Origin: Psammoneis japonica
Lineage: Eukaryota
NCBI GenBank assembly: GCA_008632985.1
Contig: QPGO01000102.1
Coordinates: 186,001 to 250,000, forward strand
Length of the DNA: 64,000 bases
Direction: 5' to 3'
Shown piece by piece: positions 62,687-64,000 of the stretch. Made by a program: the position numbers and the translations under genes. The stretch's first letter is position 1, and the number at the start of each line of letters is the position of its first letter. Under the pieces are notes generated by a model. That model was not told where the DNA came from, made no database searches, and saw only the letters and a program-made list of their open reading frames with translations.

Positions 62687-64000
62687 ATGCCTCCCAAGCA
62701 ACACAAGAATCTTGACAAAGGACAAAAGACCATTGGCACCTTTTTCAGTCCCCGTGCCATGGCTAATGCGGCAGCTGGCATCACAAGCAAGTTCAAGACA
62801 ACTGCCAGAACTCCTGCCATTGCGCTACCACTGAAACGAAAAGCAGCTGATGCACCGGCCGGAAAAAAGTCCAAAATGCCCAAATATACCGTGCAATCCA
62901 CACTGCCAATCGGAAGTTTTTTTCAGAGTCCACTACCCGCTCCTTCTCTCAAGACGCCTTCTGCTATTGTTGCGGACCATCGTCCTACTGGCGACGAATC
63001 ATCTACAGAGAATGCCGACACTACCGGTGCACATGGTGCTACCAAGTCCGATGGCGAGACTGAATCAGCTACCAGCCCATCTGACTCCATTGTTGCTACA
63101 AATGGATTGTCGTTGGACGAAGCTCTAAAAGAAGCAACCGAGAATGGCAGCAACGAGGACGACAAATCGTGTGTTCAGGAAGACAATGAGTCCGGCAGCT
63201 ACACCCATGGCAAAGAGATGCCACACAACGAAAAGGACTTTTACAAGCGATTGATCATGCCAACGTTTAGCTCCAACGTGGCCAGAGAAACTGCCAAGCC
63301 GCATTGTGAAGCCATGGTGGCAATTGCTGAAAAACACCACTTCATTGAACGTCCAGACGGGCATTGTTCGGACCAAATGCTCACCCGAGCTGTCACCAAG
63401 AGCCCTGGTGTTTATGGTGTTCAAAAGGATGCACTGGTAAAGATTGGTGCAAGCAGCAACATGCACAACCGTCGCAACATTTCAAAAGATATCGAGCAAC
63501 ACGACCAATTTCGTGTCATGATCAATCTCAACTGCACCGACGCCGACTTTGATGCAGAGATGCAAGTAGTTTACCGGAACTTTATTGATGCTATTGACAA
63601 AGCTGATGGATTGAGCGAGTTTCAGCATTTTTTTTTCATCGAGCTGTTGCGAGACCGGCATGGGGAAAGCCTGGGACCCAAGAAAATGATTTGGTTATTG
63701 ATGTTGGAATTCGGCCTGCAACAGAGAGAGAATCTTCCGGCGCCGTTTGAGTGTATGATGCACAAGGAATCTGTTGCGCAACTCTATTATGATTTGGCGG
63801 AATCAAGCTGTAACTCGGTCACCAATCATCTTTCCAAGATCATTGGTTGTGCAAGGGAGAATCCGTCGCTTCCATTCGTTTTCGCCATCTCTAGTTGGAA
63901 GACTGGACACGATGGTTTGTCCAGCAAGATCTTGGCCACCCTTTGCATTGTTTTGCACGAGCATCTACAATGTGATGCGCTCCCTTGTCCAGCGGTCCAC
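62687..64000 (+). CDS. Repeat-borne gene copy C (runs off window), intermediate TA mutation
   Basis: ATG CCT CCC AAG CAA CAC at 62687 with an open frame to the window end. Colinear with copies A and B. Confidence 0.75.
   Translation, partial: MPPKQHKNLDKGQKTIGTFFSPRAMANAAAGITSKFKTTARTPAIALPLKRKAADAPAGKKSKMPKYTVQSTLPIGSFFQSPLPAPSLKTPSAIVADHRPTGDESSTENADTTGAHGATKSDGETESATSPSDSIVATNGLSLDEALKEATENGSNEDDKSCVQEDNESGSYTHGKEMPHNEKDFYKRLIMPTFSSNVARETAKPHCEAMVAIAEKHHFIERPDGHCSDQMLTRAVTKSPGVYGVQKDALVKIGASSNMHNRRNISKDIEQHDQFRVMINLNCTDADFDAEMQVVYRNFIDAIDKADGLSEFQHFFFIELLRDRHGESLGPKKMIWLLMLEFGLQQRENLPAPFECMMHKESVAQLYYDLAESSCNSVTNHLSKIIGCARENPSLPFVFAISSWKTGHDGLSSKILATLCIVLHEHLQCDALPCPAVH

Larger units (their letters stand above)
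41580..64000. repeat. Mosaic array of reshuffled repeat modules
   Basis: Visible paralogy: 41580-42150~48690-49290; 42210-43290~61590-62690 (partial at 54560-54700 and 55370-55570); 47230-47600~53510-53850~58620-58740; 47960-48640~53930-54560~61010-61620; gene copies A, B and C. Confidence 0.85.

Overview
Eukaryotic nuclear DNA, most likely from a pennate diatom or related stramenopile. This is inferred from compact genes, ~70-170 nt GT-AG introns and signal peptide + F-motif plastid presequences. Positions 1-37 kb hold ordinary genes: ChuX/HutX-like, COG5, MCM-BP, adrenodoxin reductase, centrin-like, a TIMP/peptidase-S74 fusion, Rab-like, FKBP-MsrA, an M8 peptidase and two GT61-like genes. 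Three repeat-relic blocks interrupt them. Positions 37-64 kb are a mosaic of reshuffled repeats with a tRNA-Glu, three copies of an unknown PIP-box gene, a Plavaka-like relic and a 2.1-kb long-TIR element. The strongest signal is a domain-restricted hypermutation that erases TpA in repeat DNA (TA->TG / TA->CA, i.e. A:T->G:C on both strands, 'reverse RIP'), together with CpG loss. It is visible directly in alignments of paralogous copies and in a mutated tRNA copy. Several genes carry single-base frameshifts that look like assembly errors. All counts are manual.
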